DNA from: Gordius albopunctatus
Taxonomy: Eukaryota
Assembly: GCA_964276515.1 (NCBI GenBank)
Contig: OZ193910.1
Location: forward strand, 3,100,001 to 3,164,000
Length of the DNA stretch: 64,000 nucleotides
Direction: 5' to 3'
Each line of letters begins with the position of its first letter. Positions within the stretch are counted from its first letter, which is position 1. Of the stretch, positions 1-11,235 are shown piece after piece. The translations under genes and the position numbers were made by a program. The notes beneath the pieces are model-generated. The model did no database searches. It had not been told where the DNA came from and worked only from the letters and a program-made list of their open reading frames with translations.

Positions 1-1285
1 CTCTTGATAATCCTCCGACTTTTTTGATTTATGCCACCGTCTATATAGATTTTTCTTTATTTCGATGAAATCTTTAACCGATTGATCCCACTACCATAGT
101 TCCCTATTCATAGCTTTGCCTCCTTTGGTCTGTCCTAGAACACGAATCGCTGTTTCCTTAATGTCCTTAGATAGCGTCTCCCAATCTTCGTCTACGTCCC
201 TTTGCAACTTCCTTGCACCCAAGAGTGACGGGGCTTTTTGATGGTATTCTTCGTTCGTCGACGTATCCTTTAGCTTTTCGTATCGAATTCCAGGTTCATA
301 TACCTTTCTTCTCTCGGGAAATACTCTTCTGTCAAGATCCATAACAAGGGGACGATGTTGCCTGGCGATTTCTTCTCCCGGTATTACTTTGCAATCCTTG
401 ATACTCCATAAGTCCTTTCGCCGTATAAGCAAATAGTCGATTTGACTAAAATGCTTCCCACTTCTACAGGTCAAAATATGATCTTCGCGCTTTTGAAAAT
501 AGGTGTTAACGATTGCCATGTCATATGCTTGGGATACTTGGAGAAGTTTTTCCCCTTCTTTGTTCTTCAGACCATGCCCATAGCCTCCATGATTGCGTTC
601 ATACCCGAGGCGATCTTTCCCTACGTGAGCGTTGAAATCGGCCCCAATAATTAGCCTTTCTTCCTGTCGGATTCCTTGTATTTCCTTTTCCAATGATTCG
701 AAGAATATGTCTTTCTCTGATTCCGAACACCCAATTTGGGGAGCATACGCGCACATAACGGTTAGGAGGCCCCCTTGATCCGCAATTTTCACCCACATTA
801 GCCTGTCGGAACAACTTTGACTTCCACCACCTTGTCCTTGAACGATTCGCTTAGAACGATACCGACCCCGTTTCTACGATTTGGTGACCCACTGTAGAAA
901 GGCTTGTATCCTTCTCCTAAATCGCGAGCTTTCGTTCCGTTCTACCTCGTCTCTTGTAGGCAGGCGATGTGTACCTTTCTTCTTTTTAGTATCTGTGCGA
1001 CCTCGATGCTCTTCCCCGTTAACGTTCCCACATTCCAGCACGTAATTCGCATTCTTTTCACAACTAGTTTCCTTAACCGCCTTCGTTGTGAGTTGGGCAG
1101 TAACCCTAGTGTATTTTTCACATTGCACGGGCGGGGTATGCAGTGCGCGTCGTTTGTGGAGGACGCCCTAGCCTTTTCTTGTAAAATCTCGTTTGAAACT
1201 ATCATAAATTTTGGAGTTGATTTTTATAGCCGGTTTCCGACCTGATGCCAACCCTCCACTTTTTGCACACGGACTTGGGACCGTC
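1..1285 (-). mobile_element. RTE-clade LINE, 5' part (AP-endonuclease domain, frameshifted); continues beyond the left edge
   Basis: ORFs 942..1205 (RITCWNVGTLTGKS...IACLQETR) and 91..798 (AYAPQIGC, GADFNAHVG, SQIDYLL, QHRPLV) carry APE motifs typical of RTE LINEs. GGTTGGCATCAGG...CCGGCTATAAAA near 1225-1255 resembles an RTE 5' UTR motif. Confidence 0.9.
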
Positions 1286-1731
1286 GTAGGTAGTGTTTCC
1301 CTCTTCATAATGATAATGGATATTATTACAAAGGAATTAGGCGAGGAACTTGGGGCAGTAATCTTTGTAGACGATATATTTATCCTGCCAATAGTGAACA
1401 AGAATCGGCGAATACTGTGAATTGATCAGTAAATGCAATCAAAGTAAGTCTCAGGGTAAATCGAAAAAAACACAATACATGAAGAAAAGTTTAAATCAGA
1501 TGAAGATCAGCAATGTACATTCATTATTTTAGGGAAATAGGAACTTAGCCACATTTTAAGCGGATGGTGGAAAGAATAAAGATATCCAAGCAACGATAAT
1601 CTTTGAATGTCTCAAATGGAGAAAATTAACGGGCATTCTGTGCGACAAAAACATCCCAGGAAGACTCAAAGGTACACTGTATAAGTCCATAATGACGCCT
1701 AGCGTCCATGTAGATAAAAATGCTAAGATGG

Positions 1732-2143
1732 TGTCATATATGTCACATATGGATTCGTTGAAGACGAGCAACGAGAGGCGCGGCATTGACCAGGTGCGGG
1801 ACGATAGCAAGTGAGAGACAAAATAGATCTAGGAAGAGTAACGGGAAGGACGCAAAGGAGAATAACAACTGGCGCGGGACACACAAAGAGAGTATTATCA
1901 GAGGCAATAACAACTGGTGGAAGGAATGACAACTGGTGCAAGACACGAGAAGAAAAGAAGTGTATCCGAATAAAAGGGAACATCGGCGCACAGACAAAAT
2001 CAATTAATAAATTTTCTTGAATATAAATCGTTTGTGGCATAATTTTTACTTGAAATAAAATATTTATCGGAAGTACGATTTATTCGAGGACGAATTATTC
2101 TCTGATCTAATTTTGGACTTACGATTTAGTCACGGACATAATA
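1732..2143 (+). repeat. 5' LTR of the non-autonomous element
   Basis: Direct repeat of 4815-5226. Contains three copies of AAT(A/G)ACAACTGG. Confidence 0.95.
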
Positions 2144-2144
2144 T

Positions 2145-2158
2145 TGGCGCCCAACGTG
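2145..2158 (+). promoter_or_regulatory. Primer-binding site complementary to the tRNA-Lys 3' end
   Basis: TGGCGCCCAACGTG 1 nt after the LTR matches the known Lys1,2-type PBS. Confidence 0.85.
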
Positions 2159-2411
2159 AAATTTATTATTTTGGAAATAATAAACCAGGATTGCAATACG
2201 AATTGGGAGGGCTGCAATTTTTCGGTGAGGACAAAATAAAGGCAACAGGATTTGTAACGTATTCTGGAATACGCGTTACAACTAAGTAAGTTGATGGTAA
2301 AGATTTATGTGTATGTTCTCATATTTGTACTTATTTTATTAAATTGGGCGGTAATTAAGAAAAAGTTGTGTCGATTGGTATTAAACATTTTAATTAGGTT
2401 TCTCGTGAACA

Positions 2412-2702
2412 ATGTATATTAAACGTGGATATATAACAGATTACTATGTATATATTAGTTGTTTTTGTATAGGGCTTACTGTTAACGTCATTTTAAATTG
2501 TATAGTGGCATGCTGTAAACGGTGTGAGACATGCCGTGGAGAGAGGAGGAGAGATAGAGATTGGGTAGCTAAATGCTACAAATGTGGAGAAATAGGGCAT
2601 GAAACGCGTGCATGTCCGAGAGGTATTCCGCAGTTAATATGTTTTATATGTAGAGGGGAAGGGCATAGGGCGAGGGAATGCCCTAGGCGTGTACAAGCGT
2701 GA
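2412..2702 (+). CDS. 96-aa protein: N-terminal hydrophobic segment plus two CCHC zinc knuckles (nucleocapsid-like)
   Basis: CYKCGEIGHETRAC and CFICRGEGHRAREC fit CX2CX4HX4C. Hydrophobic stretch YVYISCFCIGLTVNVILNCIVAC. Confidence 0.75.
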   Translation: MYIKRGYITDYYVYISCFCIGLTVNVILNCIVACCKRCETCRGERRRDRDWVAKCYKCGEIGHETRACPRGIPQLICFICRGEGHRARECPRRVQA

Positions 2703-3602
2703 CGTTTAAGGAGCCGAGGTGGACTCCGTGTTTGGGTAAGACGGAGCACCTTGTATTGTAAAGATATTTTTTGCGCGTTAATTAGATATATTATTTTTTT
2801 TATGCGTGAGGTTTTCTGTATTATATTTAGTATGTGGAAATTTTGCATAGATGTACTCCTATATGGGGTAAGACGGGGCACATTTAATTGTAAAAATATT
2901 ATTAGCTTTCTCGTTTGGTATAGTAGAAGTCTATTGCATGTGATGTTTTTAATTATACTTATAATATGTAAATTTGTCATAGATACTTATATATATTGTG
3001 TACAGCAGGAGCTACGTATATATGGTAGGATGGGGAGAAGTGCCTATAAATTAGGGGCATATATACTTAGTTCCTTTAAAAGGGTGAGTCTTAAAGTGGT
3101 GTGGGTAAGTTTATATTTAATCGCTGTTCTATATAATGCGGTGATTTTAGTCGTAAATTGGAGTGTTAGTAGCACGGACAGGTGCGGGTACATATTGTTT
3201 TGGTACTGTGTGAAATACATAGTTGTAGTAAGGAGGGCAGTTAGGAGGTATAGAAAGAATAAGTTTTTTATGCTTAATAAGCGACAGCGGTGGGAAATGG
3301 TCGTTAGAGTGTTAACCCTAGGGAGAAGGGGGAGGGCTAGGTGTGGCGGGGCAAGGGGCAACAAAAGGGAAAAAAGTAAGGGGCACAATCCAAGCAATAT
3401 TATAATGTGTAGTGTACACTGTAAAGGAGATGTGGGATGGAAAGGGGAGGATAGGAAGGAGGTTGACTGTCCAGAAGGTGACAGACATGGTATTGCGTAC
3501 GCTAAAGGGTACATATTTTTCCACTTTCACAAAAAGAAAGGGGGAGGGGGAAAGTATTTATGTTTCAGAGTATATGATCTCCTACTTATCTATCATTTTT
3601 AA
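2703..3602 (+). CDS. ~300-codon hydrophobic/basic ORF in the same frame as the zinc-knuckle ORF; putative membrane protein or readthrough extension
   Basis: Open from 2703 to 3602 in AT-rich DNA. Several hydrophobic stretches and an in-frame 44-aa internal duplication (RRSTLYCKDI...KFCID / RRGTFNCKNI...KFVID). Confidence 0.5.
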   Translation, partial: RLRSRGGLRVWVRRSTLYCKDIFCALIRYIIFFMREVFCIIFSMWKFCIDVLLYGVRRGTFNCKNIISFLVWYSRSLLHVMFLIILIICKFVIDTYIYCVQQELRIYGRMGRSAYKLGAYILSSFKRVSLKVVWVSLYLIAVLYNAVILVVNWSVSSTDRCGYILFWYCVKYIVVVRRAVRRYRKNKFFMLNKRQRWEMVVRVLTLGRRGRARCGGARGNKREKSKGHNPSNIIMCSVHCKGDVGWKGEDRKEVDCPEGDRHGIAYAKGYIFFHFHKKKGGGGKYLCFRVYDLLLIYHF

Positions 3603-4814
3603 TTGCACTATACTGCTAGCTTACTCTATTCTACCTAACTCTTTGCTATGTGTCTGTCATTTGTATATGATCTAACTTTTTCATATTTATATCTCCTTCA
3701 TTAATGATCATGTTGTGGTTACTATACCTATTGTGGCAGAGAGCCGTTAAAAAAAAATAATAAAAAAAAAAATAAAAAAAGGAGTAAAAACATAGAAATG
3801 TTGTGTTTCAGAAAAACAAGCGCGATGTCGCGAGAAATATGTGTATGGAAATGTAACCCTTGTATTGCTCACTATCGCGATTTCGCAGAATATTATGTAC
3901 AAAATCGTAATATAAGAATTGTATTACGCACTTCGGGTATAAAATAGTATCGCGGAAGTGAAGAATTAATATGTATGTTGCAATATTTATATATTGGTAT
4001 GCTGTATATGACTCATTCACTTAAAAAAAAAAATAAAAAAAAAAATAAATAAATAATGTAAAGTATCAAAGGTGAAGTGAGGTATTATTGCGATGTTGTA
4101 TGTGTACTTGGATAGTATTTCGGTGTTATATCAGTTGTTTTATACGGATGGATTATAGTATTTCCGTTTTATATTAATTTTCTCATATTTCTATTGTATA
4201 ATTATAGTCGTGTATGTTTACTTTATTTTTATATTCTCATATTTTTATTGTGTATTTATATTCTCATATTGGTATTGGATATTTTTATGCTCATTCGGTG
4301 TATATAATACTTATGCCACATTGTTCGGGTAGCTGTAGTGTGTTGTCGATGTAAAACTATAAAGATGTGTAACGATGGATTTGAAATATCGTTGCTGTGT
4401 TGAGATGTATATCAGGAAAGGTATATGAATATTGTAATCTTTTTATTGTGGACTTATACTCGTATATGTTTTATGTGGTGTATATATTTTCATGCTGTTT
4501 ATATATTTATGTCACATCGTCGTGTAATAGTAGTGAGTTATTGAGAGAAAGCGTCTAAGGATATGTAACGTCAAGGGGAAGTAGCAAGGTTGTATTGCTA
4601 ATGTTATTACGGAAATTGTGAATATCGCTATTGTTATTACGCGGAGTGTCTGTAGAAAAATATAGTGTATTATTGTAGTCGGTGTATATCGCGCGCAGTT
4701 ATTCGAGTATAAATATTTGGGAGGGGTTAGCAACCTAAAGACGGAAGCACGTCGGAACTATGGGTATCGGCATTGGGGCGAGCAAAGAAAAAGGAAAAAA
4801 GTAAAAAAGGGAGA

Positions 4815-5226
4815 TGTCATATATGTCACATATGGATTCGTTGAAGACGAGCAACGAGAGGCGCGGCATTGACCAGGTGCGGGACGATAGCAAGTGAGAG
4901 ACAAAATAGATCTAGGAAGAGTAACGGGAAGGACGCAAAGGAGAATAACAACTGGCGCGGGACACACAAAGAGAGTATTATCAGAGGCAATAACAACTGG
5001 TGGAAGGAATGACAACTGGTGCAAGACACGAGAAGAAAAGAAGTGTATCCGAATAAAAGGGAACATCGGCGCACAGACAAAATCAATTAATAAATTTTCT
5101 TGAATATAAATCGTTTGTGGCATAATTTTTACTTGAAATAAAATATTTATCGGAAGTACGATTTATTCGAGGACGAATTATTCTCTGATCTAATTTTGGA
5201 CTTACGATTTAGTCACGGACATAATA
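4815..5226 (+). repeat. 3' LTR of the non-autonomous element
   Basis: Direct repeat of 1732-2143, preceded by a PPT and followed by the TSD. Confidence 0.95.
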
Positions 5227-5644
5227 GATGGGTGCAAGGAGTAAGCAAAAAAGGACATAAACATAGTGAAGGAATAAGGAGAAATCTGGGTACAATATCT
5301 ATTAAGACAAATCTCGTAACAAACAGCCAAGGATAGTATAGCCTTGTCGAGAGAAGGAACAATAGCTACGCTGGAAAGAAATTTTGGAATATGAATTTCA
5401 CAGAAAAATGAATAGAGGAAGACCCACGTTTAAATAAAGTCATAAAATATGGCACGATATGAAAATGCACAAAATAAATTAATAATAATTTAAATATTTA
5501 GGTTTCGGGAAGTAAATACCAGAAGGATAAAGTAATAATTACTTTATTGTATATCCAATTAAATTAAATCGTTGGGAGAAAAGTAAGTGAGTAAGAAGTG
5601 TTTTAAACTCCTTTTTATACTCGTGAATTAATTGAATAAATCAT

Positions 5645-5755
5645 TTAAGTTTAGTGGTGCCTCCGCGAGGTATAAACAAATCCATTACATTTAGTGGTGC
5701 CTCCGCGAGGTATAAATCAATCAATTGCATTTATTGGTGAATCCGCGAGTTATGC
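5645..5755. repeat. ~41-bp minisatellite, 3 copies
   Basis: TTTAGTGGTGCCTCCGCGAGGTATAAA twice, plus one degenerate copy. Confidence 0.8.
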
Positions 5756-7727
5756 TTAATTGGTCAATTAACGTCACGAAGTAGTAAGGTAATGTAAATG
5801 TGTCAATTAAGTTCCAAATAAATTAAGACAATGGACGCAACACAGGCGATTAAAAATTAATGTTCAAAACCATGGCACCGTTAAAACTTAGATATTATAC
5901 GAATCATATTCACACCCTTACTTACATAATTTAAATACAAAATAAAATAATATGCGCAGCTTTATTCCCACCCCTTGTTATAGAATTTGAATGCAACATA
6001 GACATTTGAATACAGGGGAAGTTGGATCCTAAAATAGTTATTGTTAATTATGCCTTGGATATTGATATCAATATAATATACTAAAACATCAAATTTTTTT
6101 GAAAAGATCAGGTAAACTTATTTTTTTACGAGATCTAAACAATGTTAAAATTTCAAAATTTAAGAAAAAAAGTAGGGATTTCAATGAATTGCCCTATCTT
6201 ACTAATAAATAAGATGTAAATAGGTAAATTTAAATTATTTTCTTCATTGTAACATTTTTGAACATGCTATAAGATAAATTAGAGAAGTTATAAACTGAGA
6301 TTAAATAGATTGCACATGGACGTAGCCAAGGTAGGGCAAGGAGGGGCGGCTATCTCCTCTAAATCCAAAAAATTATCGAAATATTTTAAAATTATGGCTA
6401 AAACTCCAAAAAATTTTTATTTTGCCCCACCCTAAATCATTATGGACCTTGGTAGGCCCATGAGATTACATATATTAGTTTTACTTTTACAAAAAAATAT
6501 GATAACCTACAAACTTATTAAAAAAATTAACGAAAGAATAAACAACACTTTGTTAGTTTTTGGACTGAAAGGAATCGCAATTGCAGATCCATTAATCAGT
6601 CCTAAATTATGGATAGTGTAACTATGGCCTAGAAAGAAGAAAATCGAATGTATCATTTTGCCGCATTTGATAAAGTATAATATTCGCTGCAGGAAATTTG
6701 AAAGTAATTTTAATGAAATTTGTTATTAAATTTTTATCGTGCTTTGCCATCCACACACATATATATACCTCCGATAATTATACTTAATTTATCATTGTCA
6801 ATTTAATTAAAAATATAATTTTTTGTGTAATACATTATTAATATCCATTTAGAATTAAATTATTAATGCAATCTTAATTCAATGGAGCAAATGTTCTCAG
6901 ATTTACAAATTATTTAGATATAGTCATATTTAATTTTTAATTATATTTTTTAAGTCAATTTCATATATGAAAATTTACATAGATTGAATGTAATCTAATT
7001 TTAGGAAATTATGTTTTTATTTTCATTTTTAATTTAGTGGCTGAAATATGGGTTATTAATCATTTTTAGTGTCTTATATCTTTATGGTATTTTGAATGAC
7101 TTATTTTTTTGCATAATTTAAAATAAATAAGTTTAGAGGAAGTCCAAGTATTTATTTCTAACATTTTTGTGTGATTGCTCATTTTCTCGATTAAAATGTT
7201 GTTAGTGAACAAATTTTAAAGCTCTCAAAAATAACTATATAACCAGCATAGTTTTAACCAAGTTACATATTAACTTTTTAATTTTTATTTCTTAATTTTT
7301 GGTTTTCAAGCTATAAAAAGTAATCATAATTGTATCTTCTGATGTCTTTATTTTTTTTTTTTGATTTTTCTATCATTTTCAAATACCTATAAATTCAAAT
7401 TGAATATTTAAATTTTACACTATTGGGAAAAGTTTTATTACCTCCCTTTCATGCTTCCACATTTTTAATTATTCCTTTCACCTCTAAATAATATGGAATA
7501 CAAACTCACACAAAAATATTGATTTCAATGCTGCAGCAGGTGGAGGACTAATATTTTAATAATACCTCTTTTTGCTCAACCTATTTAGAATTTTTAAAGG
7601 GACTTTATTTAAATTTCCTCAACCAAAGCTTGAATAGACTTAAAAACTAATCTCACACTCTACTTTCTTGCCTTAATTTTGGATTCTCTTTTTTTGGGTG
7701 AATTGAGGCAAAATTTATACTTCAAAT

Positions 7728-8730
7728 TAGTGCTGTAAATGATGAACGCGTTCAAGAACGGCGTTCTTTTATTTTTTGGTGAACTTTGAACGTGAACGCG
7801 TTCCTTTTTTTGATGAACGCGTTCGAATTTAACGTTCGTTCAATTTTAAAAACCCTTTTTTGTTTTTATTTATTTGAAAATTAATGTCAATCCGAATTTT
7901 TAACAAAAAAATATTATATTTTTTAATCAGCTGTTTTTCCCTTTGCCTATTACCAATTCCGAAATACTTTTAACATACTATAACGTGCAAAAGAAGATAA
8001 GATTAAAGTTAATTAGTTTGATATTATTAATTATAGTTTAATTTATGGGTTAATATGGACAATCATAATATTATATCGTCGTCATCTTCAGATTCTGAAT
8101 ATTCAAAATCAGCAGATCAATTGAAATTGCCATGGCCAAAATATGAAAAATATTTTTAACTCGTTTCATATAAAAGATCAAATTCAATAATTAAAATGAA
8201 CCTATAAAGAATAAACTTTTAGTGTTATTGAAAAAAGTGATTGAAACCCCTAGAATTAATAATGAAAGAGCTGTCAATTCCGAGATATCATTTTTTGGCG
8301 AGGAAGTAGAGGGCGGATTGGAGGATGATATCTTGTCGCAATTTTTTGAAGCGAGGGACAAAACATTAAAAGTTTTTAATAAATTTCCTCCTTTAAAAAA
8401 TTTGTTTATTAAGTATAATACTCCAATCCTCTCATCTGCCCTGTGGAGCGGGTTTTTAGTGTAGCTAATGCTGTATTAACTGCCAAGCGTTCCTGCTTAT
8501 CAGAAGACAATTTTGGAAAAAAATTATTATTAAAAATAAATAAGAAAATAGATTATATTGATTTATAATTATATTGTCGAAATAAAACTATTATTTTTTA
8601 TCATGGCTATTTATTGTGTTAAAAAATATAAGACATTTATTTATATTAAATTAAACTTTAAAAAATGTATAATAAAATTTTGAACGAACGTGAACGCGGT
8701 TCGATTTTTTTACAAATGTTTACAGCACTA
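7728..8730 (+). mobile_element. Internally deleted hAT transposon (1003 bp)
   Basis: TIRs TAGTGCTGTAAA/TTTACAGCACTA, 8-bp TSD CTTCAAAT, GAACG subterminal repeats. Remnant of the hAT C-terminal dimerisation region (FPPLKNLFIKYNTPILSSA, then VERVFS after a frameshift). Confidence 0.92.
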
Positions 8731-9855
8731 CTTCAAATTGATTTATTGTTGAGAGGGGTTTGGTTTTTTAATTACTCTATAGCTGACGCGATCTTGTATG
8801 ATACTTTTATGACGAGCTGGCTAATGCCTACCTCAGGACAATGCACAAGCAAAAACATTAAGATCGACTAGGATTGCCTGTGCAAGGACGAATGTTTTTG
8901 TTTGAATTTTAATTAAATATTACCATGGGCATATCCGCATCGGAATTAGAGGGGGGTAATAATGATTTAGGGAGGTGCAAAATGATTCTTTTTTTAAAAT
9001 TTTAGCCCCATAATTTTAATAAAGGTTAGCACATTTTTGGATTTAAAGCCCCCCCCCCTGCTGGCTACACCCATGAATAAGCCAACGTCCCATCCCTAAT
9101 GCAGCCAGCAACGTTAAACGTCGAAATTATTTCTAAAATCTTTCGTCTTTAGGGATCACTGTTTATAAATCAGTATCTGGCCTAAAACCGCGGGCTTAAT
9201 CAAGGGAGGCAAAGTAGGCCTGTTGCCCCCTTTGAATCCATTTTATACCTTACAAATGTTAACAATTTAAAGAAGATACTACATGCAAGGTTGTGTCCTA
9301 TTTTTTAATTACCCATTTCGACGAGGTGAAAATTTTTACCAAGACCTTGCATATTAGGGTTGAGGAGTATATGTTTCCCAATCTTAAATCTTTTTTGTCC
9401 CTTTCAATTAATGAAATAAAATTAAAATTTAAGGAAATTCACCATTTCGCCCCTCCCGGCCCCAATCAAATTCTGGCCATGCTCATGCTTGAATTTTTTT
9501 GTCCCCCCCCCCCCAATTGACACACCTTTTCGATCGATGATATCAAGATGGTGCATTATATATAGCTACTTTTTTAGCTGACAAAAATGGGGAAAAAAAG
9601 TTATCTTTAGGCGAGGCAGGCAAGAGTAGCAGCGAAGTATTTAGTCCCCAGGGCGCTTTGACTGTAACGGAGAAGATAAAGGGGTGTCCTGATTTGCCTT
9701 TGGTGTAGGTAGGTGATGAAACAAACACACTTTGCATTTATTAAGAGAACGCACTTTTATCACAGTTCGATTGACGCACCTTTCGAAATTTCAGCTCGCT
9801 CCCGGGGCTCTCGCTAAAGCAGCTTTAGGTTGGAACTGTTTCAAGGGCTTGCATT

Positions 9856-10650
9856 AGCGGCGTTGTAAAAACGGCTGGGGGGTTTTGTGTTGTCGACCTT
9901 TGGTTTTAGTCGAGTAAACATAAGCGAACCAATGAAAACACAGACTGTCGAACAGCTGATTTTTACTATTAAGAAGATTCGTACACCAAAATAGCTGCCA
10001 TATTGTAGGAAAAAGTAAAATATTGAAGAAAATAAATAAGACTAATACCTTAATTTATAAATTAATAAAAAAATAAGTAAACTAGAACAATAAATTATGC
10101 TGGATTCGATTTTTTGGTTACAATTTCCTACAAAATGGCGCTTGATATATTTACGGAAAAATTATCAACTGTTCGGCAGTCGTGTTTTTATTAGTCTATG
10201 ACCAAAGGTTCCTTTGGTCAAACCTTTGGTCTTTTATATAATTAATCCACAGTCACATCTATTAAATTCATAAGTATTTTCTTATATTTTCCCCATTTTT
10301 TTGGTCACGTAAAGGAGCTAGGTTCCAACCGAGTAATTTTTATAGTATATTTTTTATCCCGAATTTATATTGTGTAGTAGTGTTGTAAAAATCCTCTGAG
10401 TTTTGTTTAGTAGATCTTTGGTTTATTAAGACTAACGGTCATGGGCGTACCCAGGTTTTGAATTAGGGAGGGGCAAAAATAATTTTTTTTAATTTTTCAA
10501 TGTTTTTGCATTAAAATTTTTTTTTCTCGTAAATTAGAGGGGGGGGCCTGGTCTGTTTTCCAAATAAGACTAATCCCCGAAATCTTTGGTTTGTTTGTGC
10601 TAAATTGGCTGAAACCAAAGCTCGATCCCAGCCGTTTTTCCAACACTAGC
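9856..10650. mobile_element. Cluster of MITEs (TAGTGTTGTAAAAACGGCTG-type family) with a nested long-TIR element at ~9930-10200
   Basis: The same family termini recur at ~27347-27515, ~48756-48930 and ~60033-60213. Inverted repeats CAGACTGTCGAACAG / CTGTTCGGCAGTCG. Confidence 0.65.
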
Positions 10651-10859
10651 TCTCACAGCTATTAAATTCATAAAATATCTATGTTGTATTTTGTTATATT
10701 TTTCTCACTTTTTGGTCACGTAAAGGATCGTTCCGTCAATTTAAGCTTACAGAGGCTCTTATGAAAACATTTAAATCAATGAATTCAACTTAAGAACCTT
10801 AAAGGACGAATTCTTGCCTTAAAACGACATTTGGGGACTCTGCATTTTTTTCTAATACC

Positions 10860-11235
10860 TTGGGTTGTAATTGGATTACATCAAGAATCTGCCCCAAGTC
10901 CCTTTTTAATTGCTATGCAATTTATCGGCTCGTTTTTTGTTGTCCGTCGTCCACCAAGTTATTTACACCAGCTTCCTGACCCGGAGGTTCGAGTTCAATC
11001 CCGGGAGAGGACGATTTTTTTTGTTTTTTAAATTAAATTTTTATTTTGTTCTTGTTAATACCATGGATAATATGACTTTTTGACCGTCCGCTGGCTGCTG
11101 ACCAATGAAAAAATGACCATTAGCCAAATAAATCGAATTTTTTTTTTGTTTAATATAATTATGGACACGATAGCGAGAGACATTCAAAAGCCATCGCCAT
11201 GGTGTATGCTATATGTCGATGATATAATACTATGC
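10860..11235 (+). mobile_element. Short RTE RT fragment interrupted by a Helentron-type element (~10906-11138)
   Basis: GLHQESAPSPF | [30 protein letters not shown] rejoin across an insertion in a T-run with no TSD. Confidence 0.8.

Larger units (their letters stand above)
1732..5226 (+). mobile_element. Non-autonomous LTR retroelement (412-bp LTRs, tRNA-Lys-type PBS, PPT, 5-bp TSD, no pol)
   Basis: LTRs 1732-2143 and 4815-5226 look identical by eye (TG...TA ends). TSD GATGG at 1727-1731 and 5227-5231. PBS TGGCGCCCAACGTG at 2145-2158. Purine tract directly before the 3' LTR. Confidence 0.95.
1296..5450 (+). mobile_element. Decayed RTE LINE 3' fragment (RT C-terminal half), split by the LTR element at 1732-5226
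   Basis: SLFIMIMDIITKELGEE...FVDDI motif. Clear nucleotide similarity to the reverse complement of the RTE at 40.4-41.3 kb. The LINE sequence ATGCTAAGATGG|GTGCAAGGAGTAAGC rejoins across the insertion. Confidence 0.85.

Noticed and set aside
1200..1320. Head-to-head RTE fragments as one twin-primed (5'-inverted) insertion
   Set aside because: The right piece matches the 40-45 kb RTE family, whose endonuclease differs clearly from the left piece, and the two pieces differ in decay. Independent insertions are more likely; the outer end is outside the window.
1723..2040. Duplicated ORFs (105/86/69 aa) at 1.7-2.0 kb and 4.8-5.1 kb
   Set aside because: They are incidental frames inside the two LTRs and show no protein motifs.
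5645..5755. 27-bp repeats with ~14-bp spacers resembling a CRISPR array
   Set aside because: Eukaryotic context, spacers too short and similar to each other, no cas genes. It is a minisatellite.
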